From the NCBI GenBank assembly GCA_045613125.1, contig JAZLAM010000022.1, positions 77,813 through 141,812 on the forward strand: a stretch of DNA of 64,000 nt. Direction: 5' to 3'. Source of the stretch: Alphaproteobacteria bacterium (lineage in GTDB: Bacteria > Pseudomonadota > Alphaproteobacteria > RF32 > CAG-239). Of the stretch, positions 36,534 to 46,436 are shown piece after piece; the stretch's first letter is position 1; each line of letters starts with the position of its first letter. Made by a program: the position numbers and the translations under genes. The notes under the pieces are model-generated. The model had not been told where the DNA came from. It saw only the letters and a list, made by a program, of their open reading frames with translations, and did not search any database.

Positions 36534-39500
36534 TTATTTACGTTTTGTAATAGTTCCTTTTGAAACAATTTCAGCACCTGTTGATATTTTTAAGAAAGAT
36601 TCTGTTTTTTCCGTATTCTCAACAGTCTTATTTTTGTTTTGCGGAGACAATGGTTTGGTAATTATTCCACTTGTAGCCATTTTAGATTTGTATGCAACAG
36701 TATTATCTATTGCTTTTATAATTGGTTTTTGTTCAATTTGTTCCTCTATTTTGCTTTCTTTATTTTGTAGCAAAACAGATTCTTTTTTTGAATCTTCAGA
36801 TACGTGCAATACACCTGTTTTTTCTGTTTCAGAACTTAAATGTTCTTTTTTATAGGTAGTATTTTTGACATCTTCATTATTTTGTTGCGCAGCATCTTCT
36901 GTAATAAATGGTTTTCTAACAGATTGTTTTACTGTCTTTTCCGGTTGCTTTGACATATCTGTTTGAACATCATTAACTTTAATTAACAAAGGAGGTTCCG
37001 ATAATAGCGATGTTGTATTTTTCTCTGATACATTTACATCTTCTTTTACCTTTAGTTCATTATCAGTTTTTTGCCCTTCTTCAACAATCATAATTTTTGA
37101 TTTGATTTTTGAACTTTCTTCAATTACGGCAGATTTATCCGGTAACACACTTTTATCATCGGCTAAAGGTTCTCCTTCTTGTACAGCCTTAAGAGCCAAC
37201 TGTTTTTTCAGCGCTTCATCTTCTTCTAACCTTACTATATTTTTTGCATATTCAAACAAATTTTCCACTGAGGAATTAAGATTAATTATTTCTGAATTTG
37301 TTTTTTCTAAAATTTCTTTTATCATCTGATAATCAAGCTCTATTTCCTTAATTTTATTAGAATTATTAATCTCATTTATAAGACCTAGAGCTTTATTATG
37401 CAGATTTGCAATACTACGTAGAGATGTTTCTATCTTATTTTTATAATCTGTTGCTTGCGGTTCATTATCTAAAATTATTAAAGACTTTATCTCTATCAGA
37501 CGCTTAACATATACATCTAAAGTATCTTGATAGCTGATACCCTTTTTCAATGAATTGACATAAATATTGTTAATATTATCGTACATACCATTAGAAATAT
37601 TTTTAAGATCGGCAATATAGTTTTCATCTAATTCTCTATCTAAATCCGCCAATTGTGTATCAAAGATTTCAGTATTTGTATTTGTAACATCTATATCTCC
37701 TTCATCAAACTCTTGTTTAGCGCGTTGTTGTAATTCTTCTAACTGAAATTTCATATCTTGTGCAACAATATTTATACTCTTGTAGTTTGCTCTACTTATA
37801 GCATTACTACTTGTTTGAGAATATTTTTTAAATCGTGGAAAAATTTCCGTATCTATCAACTCTAGCAACTCTGAAACTTTTTCTTGCGCCACAGACATTC
37901 TTTTTTGCAAATCTTTCTGACGATTTTTTTCCGCAATTTCTTTTTCTATACGAACCTTTTCCCAATAACTGTCATATTTATTTTTTAAAGCTAAACTATT
38001 AATAACAACATTAGGATTATTTAGACTACCGGTCCATTGATATTCTATCGGAACAATTTTATCTTTCAGTTGATTAAATGTTAAAGTAAAATCAGAATTT
38101 ATGGTCCAATCAGATAAATTAACCATTCCAGAAGCTATTATTTTTGCTTGTTCGGTTTCTAATAAACTATTAACTATTGAAATATTACCATCTGTGATAT
38201 CAAAATCCGTTACTATCCTATAAAATAAACTTTCTCCGTTTTGCAAATTTGTTCTGAGCATATCATATAAATTATCTGAATGCGTACGATGTCTGACATC
38301 TTCTTCAATAGCCAATAAATTCCATCCTTTAAATTTTGTATCGGTAAAATCCATAGAAACAGAAGCGTTTAACCCTTTTATAAAGTTCATAGCAGATGAT
38401 ACGGGAGCTTCAAATTTTATATTAGAATTAACCTTACCTGATAAAAATTCATATCTCTTTCCACCTATTTTTGATACATCATAATCCTGAATTTCAAAAT
38501 TACCTTTAATTTTTGCGGCAGAATTAACATCAAGAGATACATTTGCCTTTATTGGAGCATCTTTAATTTGGGCTGTTATATTATCAATAGTAATCAAGCC
38601 TTTCTTAATTTCAATACCTGCAGAAACATTTTCGAAATCTTTATTTTTTATACTAAATATATCAGCACTGAATTTTCCCGCTAAATCAAATTTTTTATAA
38701 ATATCATAATTTATAGGTATTGTATCAAAAACCGGTTGTTCTAAAAAGTTCAATGAATTATCCACAGTCTTTGTCTTTTTAACTGATTTCACAGCTGAAT
38801 TTTCTGGATTATAAATAAAACGATCAAATTCAAATTTGTTTGCATGCATAGTCGCATTTATTTGTGGATAGCCATCATTTATCACAGATATATCACCTTT
38901 AAAATTATTTGATCCGACAAATGCGTCAATATCTTTTGCACTCCAATTTTGAGAATTGCCTTCTATATTGCCTTTAAATGTGAAAATATTAGCCGTGATA
39001 TATTGAGGTCTGTAGTTAAAACCGATACGATTTATAAAATCAACAAAATCCGCAGAACGAAACTCTAAACTTCCTTTATAATTTAGTTGATTGTTTTCGT
39101 TATACAAACGTCCGGAATACACCGAACTTAATTTATCTGATGTAGTAACAGCTTTAATATTTATGCCATTTATATCACCTGTTACAATACCCTTTGCATT
39201 AAGATTATCAGTTTCTCTTATAAATTGTAAAAAAGGCATATCTAATGGAACTTTTTTCAAAAAATTTGTCATTTTTGAAGTTTTGAAATTATACTTAACA
39301 TCTTTAAAATGTGGGATATCTGACATCTCTAAAATATCTCCGGACATATTAAATAAAGCATCGTTAATATTTTCAATATTCAGTTTTTCAATTTTTACAA
39401 CATCGTTATCTGATATAAAACTTAATGTGTTTTTTTCAAAACTTGAGTTATTATATATACCTAATCCAAGCTTGATATGTGCAGCTATGTCATAATCATT

Positions 39501-41156
39501 CAAAAATGATAATTTATTCAAAATAAGTTTTATTTTCTCATTTATCGGTAAAGCTTTCTCTTCCTCTGTAAAAGATGGTATATAGTTATCAAAATTTATA
39601 TTATCAATTTCTAAATTCAAGAATATACTTTTACGAGCATCTCTTACAAGACCTATACTGCCAAACATATTAGTTTTATCTACCGTAAAGCTAAAAGGTG
39701 TAATGTTTATTTTATTCAAATTACCGGACACAGCCAAATTAACAGAAGCGTTATGATAAGTAGATTGAGCATAAATTTGAGGTTTAATATTAATAAGTTC
39801 CAAAAATTTTAAAAAATCCTGACTCATTGCTTTAATGTTAAAATTGTAAGTCAATAGCTGTTCATTTTCAAAAACATCTCCATTAACACTCATATCCGTA
39901 TCTCCTGATAATAAACCGGAAAGTTTTTTAACAGTTAAGATATTATCAATAAAATCAACACTTAAATCAAAATTTCGTATAGGTTGACCATTAAAATTAG
40001 CCTTCACAGCCTTGATATCAGCAATCATATCAAAATCTGAGTATAGAGTATAAGGTTTTTGGTTGTTATCAAATTTTTTAATTTGTTCTTTTATTATTCC
40101 GATTATAGGCATTAAATCCAAATCTGTCATTTCAAAAGAAGCTTCTACTTTTCTTCTTTCTTCATTGGGATTCGGTTTTAACGGAATAATAATGTTTCCG
40201 GCTCCCGTCGTATTATCACCATATTTAATCACAAAATTAGATAAATCTATTTGTTGTTCATTTGTGATAAGCTCAATAGAACAAGCCAACGGATAATTAA
40301 ATTCCTCCGGTAAAATAAGTTGATTAGTCAATTCATTTATAAAATTTGAAAGTTTTTTTGATTCTAAAACAAAATTTCCTTTAATTTCCTTATTACTCGA
40401 CAACATTGATCCATCAAAACGTGCATAACTTTCAGTTGTAGGATGTGTGAGAACTAAATTTAAGGAAGTTGCAAAATTTTCCGATAATGTTCCCAAATTT
40501 AATGCAAAACCCGCCGGATTATTATCTTTTACAAAATTACCGTCAATGCGATACGGACCAAATAAACTTTCTGCCGTAATCTCAGCATTAAGTTCTTGCA
40601 AATTAACATCAATATTAAGTCCTTTGTTTAAAATATGAACAACAGAATCTTTCAACAAAACACTATTCAACGACACTTCAACCGTATCTAACTTATTTTT
40701 CTGAAAATCTGTTATCTCTGAATACCAATTTAATTTACCATTTTGTAAAAACTCAATCATGATATCAGATTTAATTAAAGACATATTGTTTATAACAAAG
40801 TTGCCCTGTATCAACGGAATAAGCGATAAATATGTAACCATCTCTTGAATAGATGCCAGTGGCTGATTAGTATTTTCACCGGTTTTATTATAAACTTTAA
40901 TATCCTTTGCTGATAAGTAAGGAACTGGAAAAAATGAAAGTGATACAGGCCCTTCAAATACAATTTTTTTACCGGAGATTTCTTCAAATTGCTTGGCAAT
41001 TTTGTTTTTATGCAGATTCCAGTCAATTGTCGAAACGTAAACCGACAATCCGCCAAAGGTAAGGACAACCAGAATAACCAAAATCAAGAATATTTTTTTG
41101 AACACTTTTAAAATCTCCTGTAATAAACGCCAAAAAATCTTTGCTAAATATAACAA
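36534..41156 (-). CDS. Giant AsmA/TamB-like inner-membrane-anchored outer-membrane biogenesis protein (1540 aa) with a long charged/coiled C-terminal extension
   Basis: N-terminal TM followed by the AsmA signature ...KIVFEGPVSLSFFPVPYLSAKDIKVYN; predicted beta-rich repeats; C-terminal K/E-rich low-complexity region. Confidence 0.55.
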   Translation of the reverse strand: MLYLAKIFWRLLQEILKVFKKIFLILVILVVLTFGGLSVYVSTIDWNLHKNKIAKQFEEISGKKIVFEGPVSLSFFPVPYLSAKDIKVYNKTGENTNQPLASIQEMVTYLSLIPLIQGNFVINNMSLIKSDIMIEFLQNGKLNWYSEITDFQKNKLDTVEVSLNSVLLKDSVVHILNKGLNIDVNLQELNAEITAESLFGPYRIDGNFVKDNNPAGFALNLGTLSENFATSLNLVLTHPTTESYARFDGSMLSSNKEIKGNFVLESKKLSNFINELTNQLILPEEFNYPLACSIELITNEQQIDLSNFVIKYGDNTTGAGNIIIPLKPNPNEERRKVEASFEMTDLDLMPIIGIIKEQIKKFDNNQKPYTLYSDFDMIADIKAVKANFNGQPIRNFDLSVDFIDNILTVKKLSGLLSGDTDMSVNGDVFENEQLLTYNFNIKAMSQDFLKFLELINIKPQIYAQSTYHNASVNLAVSGNLNKINITPFSFTVDKTNMFGSIGLVRDARKSIFLNLEIDNINFDNYIPSFTEEEKALPINEKIKLILNKLSFLNDYDIAAHIKLGLGIYNNSSFEKNTLSFISDNDVVKIEKLNIENINDALFNMSGDILEMSDIPHFKDVKYNFKTSKMTNFLKKVPLDMPFLQFIRETDNLNAKGIVTGDINGINIKAVTTSDKLSSVYSGRLYNENNQLNYKGSLEFRSADFVDFINRIGFNYRPQYITANIFTFKGNIEGNSQNWSAKDIDAFVGSNNFKGDISVINDGYPQINATMHANKFEFDRFIYNPENSAVKSVKKTKTVDNSLNFLEQPVFDTIPINYDIYKKFDLAGKFSADIFSIKNKDFENVSAGIEIKKGLITIDNITAQIKDAPIKANVSLDVNSAAKIKGNFEIQDYDVSKIGGKRYEFLSGKVNSNIKFEAPVSSAMNFIKGLNASVSMDFTDTKFKGWNLLAIEEDVRHRTHSDNLYDMLRTNLQNGESLFYRIVTDFDITDGNISIVNSLLETEQAKIIASGMVNLSDWTINSDFTLTFNQLKDKIVPIEYQWTGSLNNPNVVINSLALKNKYDSYWEKVRIEKEIAEKNRQKDLQKRMSVAQEKVSELLELIDTEIFPRFKKYSQTSSNAISRANYKSINIVAQDMKFQLEELQQRAKQEFDEGDIDVTNTNTEIFDTQLADLDRELDENYIADLKNISNGMYDNINNIYVNSLKKGISYQDTLDVYVKRLIEIKSLIILDNEPQATDYKNKIETSLRSIANLHNKALGLINEINNSNKIKEIELDYQMIKEILEKTNSEIINLNSSVENLFEYAKNIVRLEEDEALKKQLALKAVQEGEPLADDKSVLPDKSAVIEESSKIKSKIMIVEEGQKTDNELKVKEDVNVSEKNTTSLLSEPPLLIKVNDVQTDMSKQPEKTVKQSVRKPFITEDAAQQNNEDVKNTTYKKEHLSSETEKTGVLHVSEDSKKESVLLQNKESKIEEQIEQKPIIKAIDNTVAYKSKMATSGIITKPLSPQNKNKTVENTEKTESFLKISTGAEIVSKGTITKRK

Positions 41157-41211
41157 TACTGTATAGTATTATTAATATAAATCAACTAATTTTTGATTAA
41201 GGAGATAAAAA

Positions 41212-41613
41212 ATGTCAAAATTAGTTTCACTTTTTGAATTGGCATTAAAAGCCAGAGACAATGCTTATGCTCCATATTCGGGGTTTAAAGTAGGTGCAGC
41301 AATACTTTCATCAACTCTTAACACATATTTGGGGTGCAATGTGGAAAATGTTTCATATCCTTGCGGGACATGTGCTGAAGCCGGTGCTGTATCGGCAATG
41401 AATGTAAACGGAGACAAGCTGATAAAAGATATTGTTATCGTAGCCGATTCTCAAAATCTGATAACGCCATGTGGAGCATGTTTACAAAAAATATTTGAAT
41501 TTTCGGATAATAACACCAATATTCACTTAGCTGATTTAAGCGGAATTAAAAAAAGCTATAAGATATCTGAGCTTTTACCTTCAGCTTTTGATGAAAAGGA
41601 ATTAAAAAAATGA
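41212..41613 (+). CDS. cdd: Cytidine deaminase (homotetrameric type)
   Basis: Zinc motifs CGTCAE and PCGACLQ. Confidence 0.85.
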   Translation: MSKLVSLFELALKARDNAYAPYSGFKVGAAILSSTLNTYLGCNVENVSYPCGTCAEAGAVSAMNVNGDKLIKDIVIVADSQNLITPCGACLQKIFEFSDNNTNIHLADLSGIKKSYKISELLPSAFDEKELKK

Positions 41614-42410
41614 TTGATACATACGTACAAAACTTAAAAAAAGAACTGGGCAACAAAAAGCCTGACACACTGCTTATTTTAGGTTCAGGTCTTGGTTCTC
41701 TTGCCGATGAAATTAAAAACAAAGTTATTATTGAATATGAAAAAGTAGGTTTCCCTAAAAGTTCGGTTTCAGGACACGCCGGTCAATTAGTTGTCGGCAC
41801 ATTAGGTAAAACCGAGGTCATTTGTATGCAAGGTCGTTTTCATCTTTACGAAGGACATCATCCTGAGCTTATAAAAAATGTGATGTGTGCATTTAAGGCT
41901 ATCGGGGTTAAAAAGTTGATTGTTACAAATGCAGCCGGTTCATTAAATGCAGATATGCCGGCCGGCAGTTTAATGCTTATATCCGATCATATCAATTTTA
42001 GCGGTAAAAATCCGCTTTTAGGTGCAAATGACGAAAAATATGGCCCACGTTTTGTAGATTTGAGCAACGCTTATGATGTAGATTTGCGCAATAAAATTAA
42101 AAAAATTGCCGAACAATCAGATTTAAAACTATATGAAGGTGTATACCTTATGGTTTTGGGACCAAACTTTGAAACAGCAGCCGAAATTAGGGCTTTTAAG
42201 ACATTAGGCGCTGATGCTGTTGGTATGTCAACTGTTCCGGAGGTTCTATCTGCTATTTATACCGGCATGAAAGTTTTGGGCGTTTCGGTTATAACAAATT
42301 TAGGAACCGGATTAAAAACTTCCGTACAAAGCCATACAGAAACATTGGAACAAGCGCAAAAAGCAACTAAAAAATTGGCAAAATTGTTAAAAGAATATAT
42401 GGAGAAATAA
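41610..42410 (+). CDS. Purine nucleoside phosphorylase (trimeric PNP/XapA/PunA type)
   Basis: LILGSGLGSLADEI, SGHAGQLVVGTLGKTEVICMQGRFHLYEGH, GMSTVPE. Confidence 0.85.
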   Translation: MIDTYVQNLKKELGNKKPDTLLILGSGLGSLADEIKNKVIIEYEKVGFPKSSVSGHAGQLVVGTLGKTEVICMQGRFHLYEGHHPELIKNVMCAFKAIGVKKLIVTNAAGSLNADMPAGSLMLISDHINFSGKNPLLGANDEKYGPRFVDLSNAYDVDLRNKIKKIAEQSDLKLYEGVYLMVLGPNFETAAEIRAFKTLGADAVGMSTVPEVLSAIYTGMKVLGVSVITNLGTGLKTSVQSHTETLEQAQKATKKLAKLLKEYMEK

Positions 42411-42411
42411 G

Positions 42412-43716
42412 ATGTTTCCTCAAGAAATTATCCGCAAAAAAAGAGATGGTAAAACCTTAAGTTCCGAAGAAATAAGTTTCTTCGTAAAAGGTATAACGGA
42501 CGGTTCAATTGCAGATAGCCAAACAGCAGCTTTGACAATGGCAATTTTCCTAAACGGTTTTGATAAAAAAGAAACTGTTGATTTAACATTGTCTATGCGA
42601 GATTCCGGCGATGTCTTAAAATGGGATTTAAACGGTCCGGTTATTGATAAACATTCCAGCGGTGGTGTAGGAGATAAGGTTAGCCTGATGTTAGCTCCAA
42701 TTTTAGCATCGTGTGGCGGTTTTGTTCCGATGATTTCGGGTCGAGGCTTGGGACACACCGGCGGAACGCTTGACAAGTTTGACTCCATACAAGGCTATAA
42801 CACATTACCGACAAACGAATTGTTTGTTAAAACAGTTGAAGATGTGGGATGTGCCATAATCGGGCAAACCGGAAATTTGGCTCCGGCAGATAAAAAAATT
42901 TATGCAATCAGAGATGTATGCGCCACAGTCGAATCCATTAATTTAATCACAGCTTCAATTTTATCTAAAAAATTGGCCGCCGGATTAGACTATTTGGTTA
43001 TGGACCTAAAATGCGGTAACGGTGCTTTTATGGATAATGTAAATGATGCATTGGTTCTTGCTCGTTCTATTGTAGATGTTGCAAACGGTGCAGGAACAAA
43101 AACAACCGCACTTATCACTAATATGAGCGAGGTTTTAGGCTATACGGTTGGTAATGCTTTAGAGGTTAAAGAAGCCGTTGATTATTTGAAAAATCAAAAT
43201 ATCAATAAGCGTTTAGATCTTGTCACAAAAGAACTATGTGCCGAACTTTTGGTTTCTTGCGGTTTATATAAAAACAAAGATGATGCTTTGGCAAAAGTTT
43301 GCAAAGTTTTAGCAAACGGTGAAGCTCTCGAAAAATTTGCTAAAATGGTTTCTATGCTTGGTGGTCCGGCAGATTTCACAGAAAATCCTGAAGCATATAT
43401 GCCAAAAGCACAAATTATCAGACCTGTGTTTGCTGATAAGAAAGGATATATTTCTGCTATGCAAACAAGAGATATCGGTATGTTAATCGTAGGTTTAAAA
43501 GGCGGACGTGTTCATCCTGATCAAAAGCTTGATTACGCAACCGGATTTAGCAGTTTTTGCCAAGTTGGAGATTATATTGATGAAAAAACTCCGCTTGCTT
43601 ATATCCATGCACAAAGCGAGGAAGAGTATCAAAAAACAGCTGACGAACTTAAAAAACTTGTCCAAATTGAAGACGAATATAAGCTTTCTCCGGTGATTAT
43701 TGATACGGTTAAATAA
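42412..43716 (+). CDS. deoA: Thymidine/pyrimidine-nucleoside phosphorylase
   Basis: IRKKRDGKTLS.EEI..FV.G...G...D.Q..A..MAI, SGRGLGHTGGTLDK, and a C-terminal domain. Confidence 0.8.
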   Translation: MFPQEIIRKKRDGKTLSSEEISFFVKGITDGSIADSQTAALTMAIFLNGFDKKETVDLTLSMRDSGDVLKWDLNGPVIDKHSSGGVGDKVSLMLAPILASCGGFVPMISGRGLGHTGGTLDKFDSIQGYNTLPTNELFVKTVEDVGCAIIGQTGNLAPADKKIYAIRDVCATVESINLITASILSKKLAAGLDYLVMDLKCGNGAFMDNVNDALVLARSIVDVANGAGTKTTALITNMSEVLGYTVGNALEVKEAVDYLKNQNINKRLDLVTKELCAELLVSCGLYKNKDDALAKVCKVLANGEALEKFAKMVSMLGGPADFTENPEAYMPKAQIIRPVFADKKGYISAMQTRDIGMLIVGLKGGRVHPDQKLDYATGFSSFCQVGDYIDEKTPLAYIHAQSEEEYQKTADELKKLVQIEDEYKLSPVIIDTVK

Positions 43717-43801
43717 GTTATATTAAAAAAGGACCATATGTCTGTTTTAACAAAGTGTTTTTTGAATTAGTTAAATCACTTTTACTGTCATCAACCCAGT
43801 T

Positions 43802-43859
43802 AAAAAATAATATTGTCACCGCTCCGAGCAAAAAAAATAATATTGTCACCGCTCCGAGC
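43802..43859. repeat. Tandem duplication of a 29-30-bp unit (AAAAAATAATATTGTCACCGCTCCGAGC)
   Basis: Two adjacent near-identical units read directly. Confidence 0.55.
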
Positions 43860-44016
43860 GGAGCGAGGTCAAGCGGTCTTCAAATTAATAAAAAAAACTC
43901 ATCGGGAGCGATGTAAAATAATTTTTAAAAGTGGAAGATGCCTTGACGATTCCTTGCGGAATCGAGGCATGACGGTATTATATTTTCGTTTCGGAGGCAT
44001 GACGTAAAAAACACTG

Positions 44017-44113
44017 TCATCGCTCGATTGCGATAAGCAATCGTTCAGCGGTCTTCAAATTAGTTAATCGGAAGGTCCCTTGACGTTTCTTGGCAGAAAC
44101 GAGGGAAGATAGG
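44017..44113. repeat. GC-rich structured repeat (MITE/RPE-like), copy 1; copy 2 at 45160-45256
   Basis: About 97 bp at roughly 95% identity between copies. Contains palindrome CGATTGCGATAAGCAATCG and hairpin TCCCTTGACGTTTCT...AGAAACGAGGGAAGA. Extra partial units (GGAAGATGCCTTGAC...GGAGGCATGAC) occur around 43930-44000 and 45110-45145. Confidence 0.55.
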
Positions 44114-44189
44114 TTTGTGTTTTTTTGCATTTTTATGGCATAAAATTGGGATTTTTTTCAGCAAATGAGAATCGGTGAAAACCATTTAT

Positions 44190-44477
44190 TTACAATGGTT
44201 TGAAGAATTTCAAACTGTTCATTTTAAACGTACGTTTAAATCAAGCAGTTTTTTTGATGTTTTTTTCGAACTTCTATTTCTTCTAAATCTTTGAAAAACA
44301 ATAAAATGCAAATTTTAAATTTTGCAAATTTCTCCTTTTTACACTGCGTCAAAAAAACGTACGTTTAAATTACACTACTTATGTGCTGAAAAAACTTGGA
44401 AATCTGCACCAAAGCGCTTGGTGTGGTTGTTCGTTTTTTTAGCCTATGTAACGTTATATAAATAGGAGATTTTTATT
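44190..44477 (+). promoter_or_regulatory. Conserved ~290-bp 5' regulatory/leader region (copy B), highly similar to 7600-7898
   Basis: TTTAAACGTACGTTTAAA at 44223-44240, half-site AAACGTACGTTTAAA at 44355-44369, CCAAAGCGCTTGG, and RBS AGGAGA before the ATG at 44478. Confidence 0.45.
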
Positions 44478-45008
44478 ATGAAAAAAACTTTATTACTTGC
44501 CACAACCGCAATCGTTTCTGCTTTCGCTTTTAATGTAAAAGCTAACGCCCCAACAGTTGAAATTCAAGCTAAAGCTAAGGTAGTATCACCAAGTGTGTTA
44601 GAATCTATACAAGAATTAGATTTTGGCACAGTTGCATATCATTCTGGAGCTCGTTACACTGTTTCTAAGGATGGGACAGCTGAAGCAAGCGGTGATTATG
44701 CACAAATGTTTGGAACTCCTTCTGTCGGAAAAATCAAATTGAGAACAGCCCTCAGAGGTGCTAGTGAGCATTATTCTTTGTTACTACCTCAGGAAATGGA
44801 ACTAAAATTTGGTCAAAACACTTGTGGAACAGTGTCCGCTTTTTCACAGGCAACACCAACTTTTGTAAACATAGTTGACGGTGTAACTGATTACGAAATA
44901 GCATTTGGTGGCACCTTTACTATGTCTGATACACTTGAAGCGAGCATTCATCATGATGGAGCAGTTTGCTCAGGTTCTGCGACAGCTACTTTAGTGTATA
45001 CAGAATAA
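44478..45008 (+). CDS. Secreted/surface protein, paralog B (related to the 7899..8504 gene)
   Basis: Signal peptide MKKTLLLATTAIVSAFAFNVKANA; shared TCGTVS and KANA motifs. Confidence 0.5.
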   Translation: MKKTLLLATTAIVSAFAFNVKANAPTVEIQAKAKVVSPSVLESIQELDFGTVAYHSGARYTVSKDGTAEASGDYAQMFGTPSVGKIKLRTALRGASEHYSLLLPQEMELKFGQNTCGTVSAFSQATPTFVNIVDGVTDYEIAFGGTFTMSDTLEASIHHDGAVCSGSATATLVYTE

Positions 45009-45159
45009 TACACAAATGTATGTTTTTTCATTTCGGGGTGTGGAGTTTTTGCTCTGCACCTCGATGTGGTTATAATATAGAGTGAATAAAAATTATACTT
45101 TGTTTTATTCGGAAGATGCCTTGACCTCACTTCATTCGGAGGCATGACTGTCTACAAAG

Positions 45160-45256
45160 TCATCGCTCGATTGCGATAAGCAATCGTCCAGCGATCTTCA
45201 AATTAGTTAATCGGAAGGTCCCTTGACGTTTCTTGGCAGAAACGAGGGAAGACAGG
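45160..45256. repeat. GC-rich structured repeat (MITE/RPE-like), copy 2
   Basis: See the feature at 44017-44113. Confidence 0.55.
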
Positions 45257-45437
45257 GGGAATTTTTCTTAACGTTTTGGAGGCATGACTTTTTTTATTTT
45301 TTGCAGTTCGGAATCATAACATGGTTTATCTAAACAAGGTATAATTTTTTATAGTTTCAGACAGATTAAAATAAGAACTAAACCTTAATTTTAAGCATTA
45401 TAAAAACTTAAAATTATGAACAACAGGAGAAAAACTT

Positions 45438-46436
45438 ATGCCACAAGTTAGCGTAATTATCCCGACGTATAATGTGGAAAAATATATAGACATCTGCTTA
45501 GGCGCCCTACTCATCCAAAGTTTTAACGACTTTGAGGTTTTGTGCATAGACGATTGTTCCACCGACAACACAGTGCAAATCATCAAGCAATATGCAAAAC
45601 TTGATGAACGTGTAAAAATCATTCCGAACACCATCAAAGGCGGTCCTGATGTGTTGCGTGGTATCGGTATACAAAATGCTCAAAGTCCATATTGTGTTTT
45701 TGTTGATGCTGATGACTTTTTCTCTCCGTTTATGCTCGAAAAATATGTTAAAAACATTGAAGATAATGATAGCGATTTTATGTGTGGCGCAAGTTTGAGT
45801 TATAGCGATAAAACTCATGACACAACCGAGCATACAATGTTACCGCAAGAAACTTTTTTACATTATGTCAGAGATAACACTTTTAATGCATCTTCCACAC
45901 CAGACTTTTTTCCGTTTATGATGAACACCGAATTTTGGGGTAAAATTTTCAAAACCGAATTTATCAAAGAATTTACCTTTACACCAAATTCTGTGATACA
46001 AGACATTTCTTTTTGTTTTAAGTGTTTTTTCAAAGCTAAAAAAATTTCTTACCTTCTAGAACCTCTTTATGTTTATAACTATCGGCGTGAGGGTTCGCTC
46101 ACTGCCAGTTTTAATGAAAAATGGCTCGGAATTTTTTCTTCACTCGATGAAATTAAACAAACAATTCTAAACGCCGGTATGTTTGAAAAATATAAAAACA
46201 CTTATATCAATTTCAAATTATCTCGCATTTGGTTTTATCTTTTAGGTGCAAAAGCAAATTGCCAACAGGCTTTTTTTGAACACACTCAAAAAACTTTTGC
46301 AGAAGAAAACTTTTCTGATTATGACTTTAATATTTTACGCAAAAATAAGTTTTATTTTCCGACACTCGATTTATTAAACTCAAATTTTGAAGAATTTCAC
46401 GCTTGTTATGTTGACGGAGGCGATGATGATAAATAA
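45438..46436 (+). CDS. Family 2 glycosyltransferase
   Basis: VSVIIPTYNVEKYIDICLGALLIQSFNDFEVLCIDDCSTDNT; DAD motif (VFVDADDFF). Confidence 0.7.
   Translation: MPQVSVIIPTYNVEKYIDICLGALLIQSFNDFEVLCIDDCSTDNTVQIIKQYAKLDERVKIIPNTIKGGPDVLRGIGIQNAQSPYCVFVDADDFFSPFMLEKYVKNIEDNDSDFMCGASLSYSDKTHDTTEHTMLPQETFLHYVRDNTFNASSTPDFFPFMMNTEFWGKIFKTEFIKEFTFTPNSVIQDISFCFKCFFKAKKISYLLEPLYVYNYRREGSLTASFNEKWLGIFSSLDEIKQTILNAGMFEKYKNTYINFKLSRIWFYLLGAKANCQQAFFEHTQKTFAEENFSDYDFNILRKNKFYFPTLDLLNSNFEEFHACYVDGGDDDK

Noticed and set aside
43813-44007. 64-aa ORF in the ORF track
   Set aside because: It lies entirely within the GC-rich repeat units and is translated across the tandem duplication (…ILSPLRAKKIILSPLRAE…). 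This is a repeat-derived artefact.
43802-44113. Possible CRISPR array suggested by the clustered repeats
   Set aside because: The repeats are heterogeneous in length, are not regularly interspersed with unique spacers of uniform size, and are partly palindromic MITE-like units. No cas genes are nearby.
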